In this document: in pieces, positions 27,564 through 27,638 of the stretch | Layout of the letters: each line of letters begins with the position of its first letter | How positions within the stretch are numbered: the stretch's first letter is position 1 | Source of the DNA: Candidatus Bathyarchaeia archaeon | Lineage (GTDB): Archaea > Thermoproteota > Bathyarchaeia > TCS64 | DNA length: 27,638 nt | Assembly (NCBI GenBank): GCA_050014495.1 | Contig: JBEKDF010000038.1 | Span: 1-27,638 of the forward strand | Direction: 5' to 3' | Position numbers and translations under genes: made by a program | Notes under the pieces: model-generated | What the model was told of the DNA's origin: nothing | The model's input: the letters and a program-made list of their open reading frames with translations, nothing else | Database searches by the model: none

Positions 27564-27638
27564 GGGTTGATGTAGGTGAATTTAAAAGATAAGCTTTGGA
27601 CACGGTTATGCCTGAAAACGCAAACAGTCAGTTAATTT

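Larger units (their letters stand above)
26320..27631 (-). mobile_element. Complete IS701-family insertion sequence (1312 bp)
   Basis: TIRs CTGAGTGTTTGCGTTTT (26320-26336) and AAAACGCAAACAGTCAG (27615-27631) with 1 mismatch; flanked by TTAA at 26316-26319 and 27632-27635; visibly more GC-rich than the flank. Confidence 0.9.

Noticed and set aside
1..27638. CRISPR arrays, tRNA or rRNA genes
   Set aside because: No regularly spaced repeats or cloverleaf/rRNA-like sequence seen by eye; a tRNAscan/Infernal run would be needed to be certain.

Overview
Archaeal genomic DNA (TFB, Rps8e, SRP19, Gar1, SMC-ScpA-ScpB, tungsten-type AOR, TATA-like promoters); the gene mix suggests Bathyarchaeia, which is inference only. 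The window has three blocks. (1) About 2.3-12.8 kb is a cluster with a D-amino-acid/peptide theme that is unusual for an archaeon: a divergent PLP threonine-synthase-like enzyme, a MurL-like PP-loop protein, a D-Ala-D-Ala-ligase-like ATP-grasp enzyme, a GNAT-like protein, a gamma-glutamylcyclotransferase, an amidohydrolase, a frameshifted UbiA prenyltransferase, an enolase-superfamily epimerase with an altered active site, a class I glutamine amidotransferase and a bacterial-type alanine racemase. (2) About 12.8-24.1 kb is a housekeeping block: gar1, srp19, rps8e, hypE, scpB, scpA, smc, Xaa-Pro peptidase, uppS, a DUF373-like membrane protein and tfb. (3) About 24.3-27.6 kb is an AT-rich accessory block with a receiver-only regulator, a small Cys/His protein, a secreted protein and a complete IS701-family element with TIRs and a TTAA target duplication. 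Two genes (smc and the Ddl-like ligase) lack a usable ATG/GTG/TTG and appear to start at ACG, each 8 nt after a Shine-Dalgarno-like motif.
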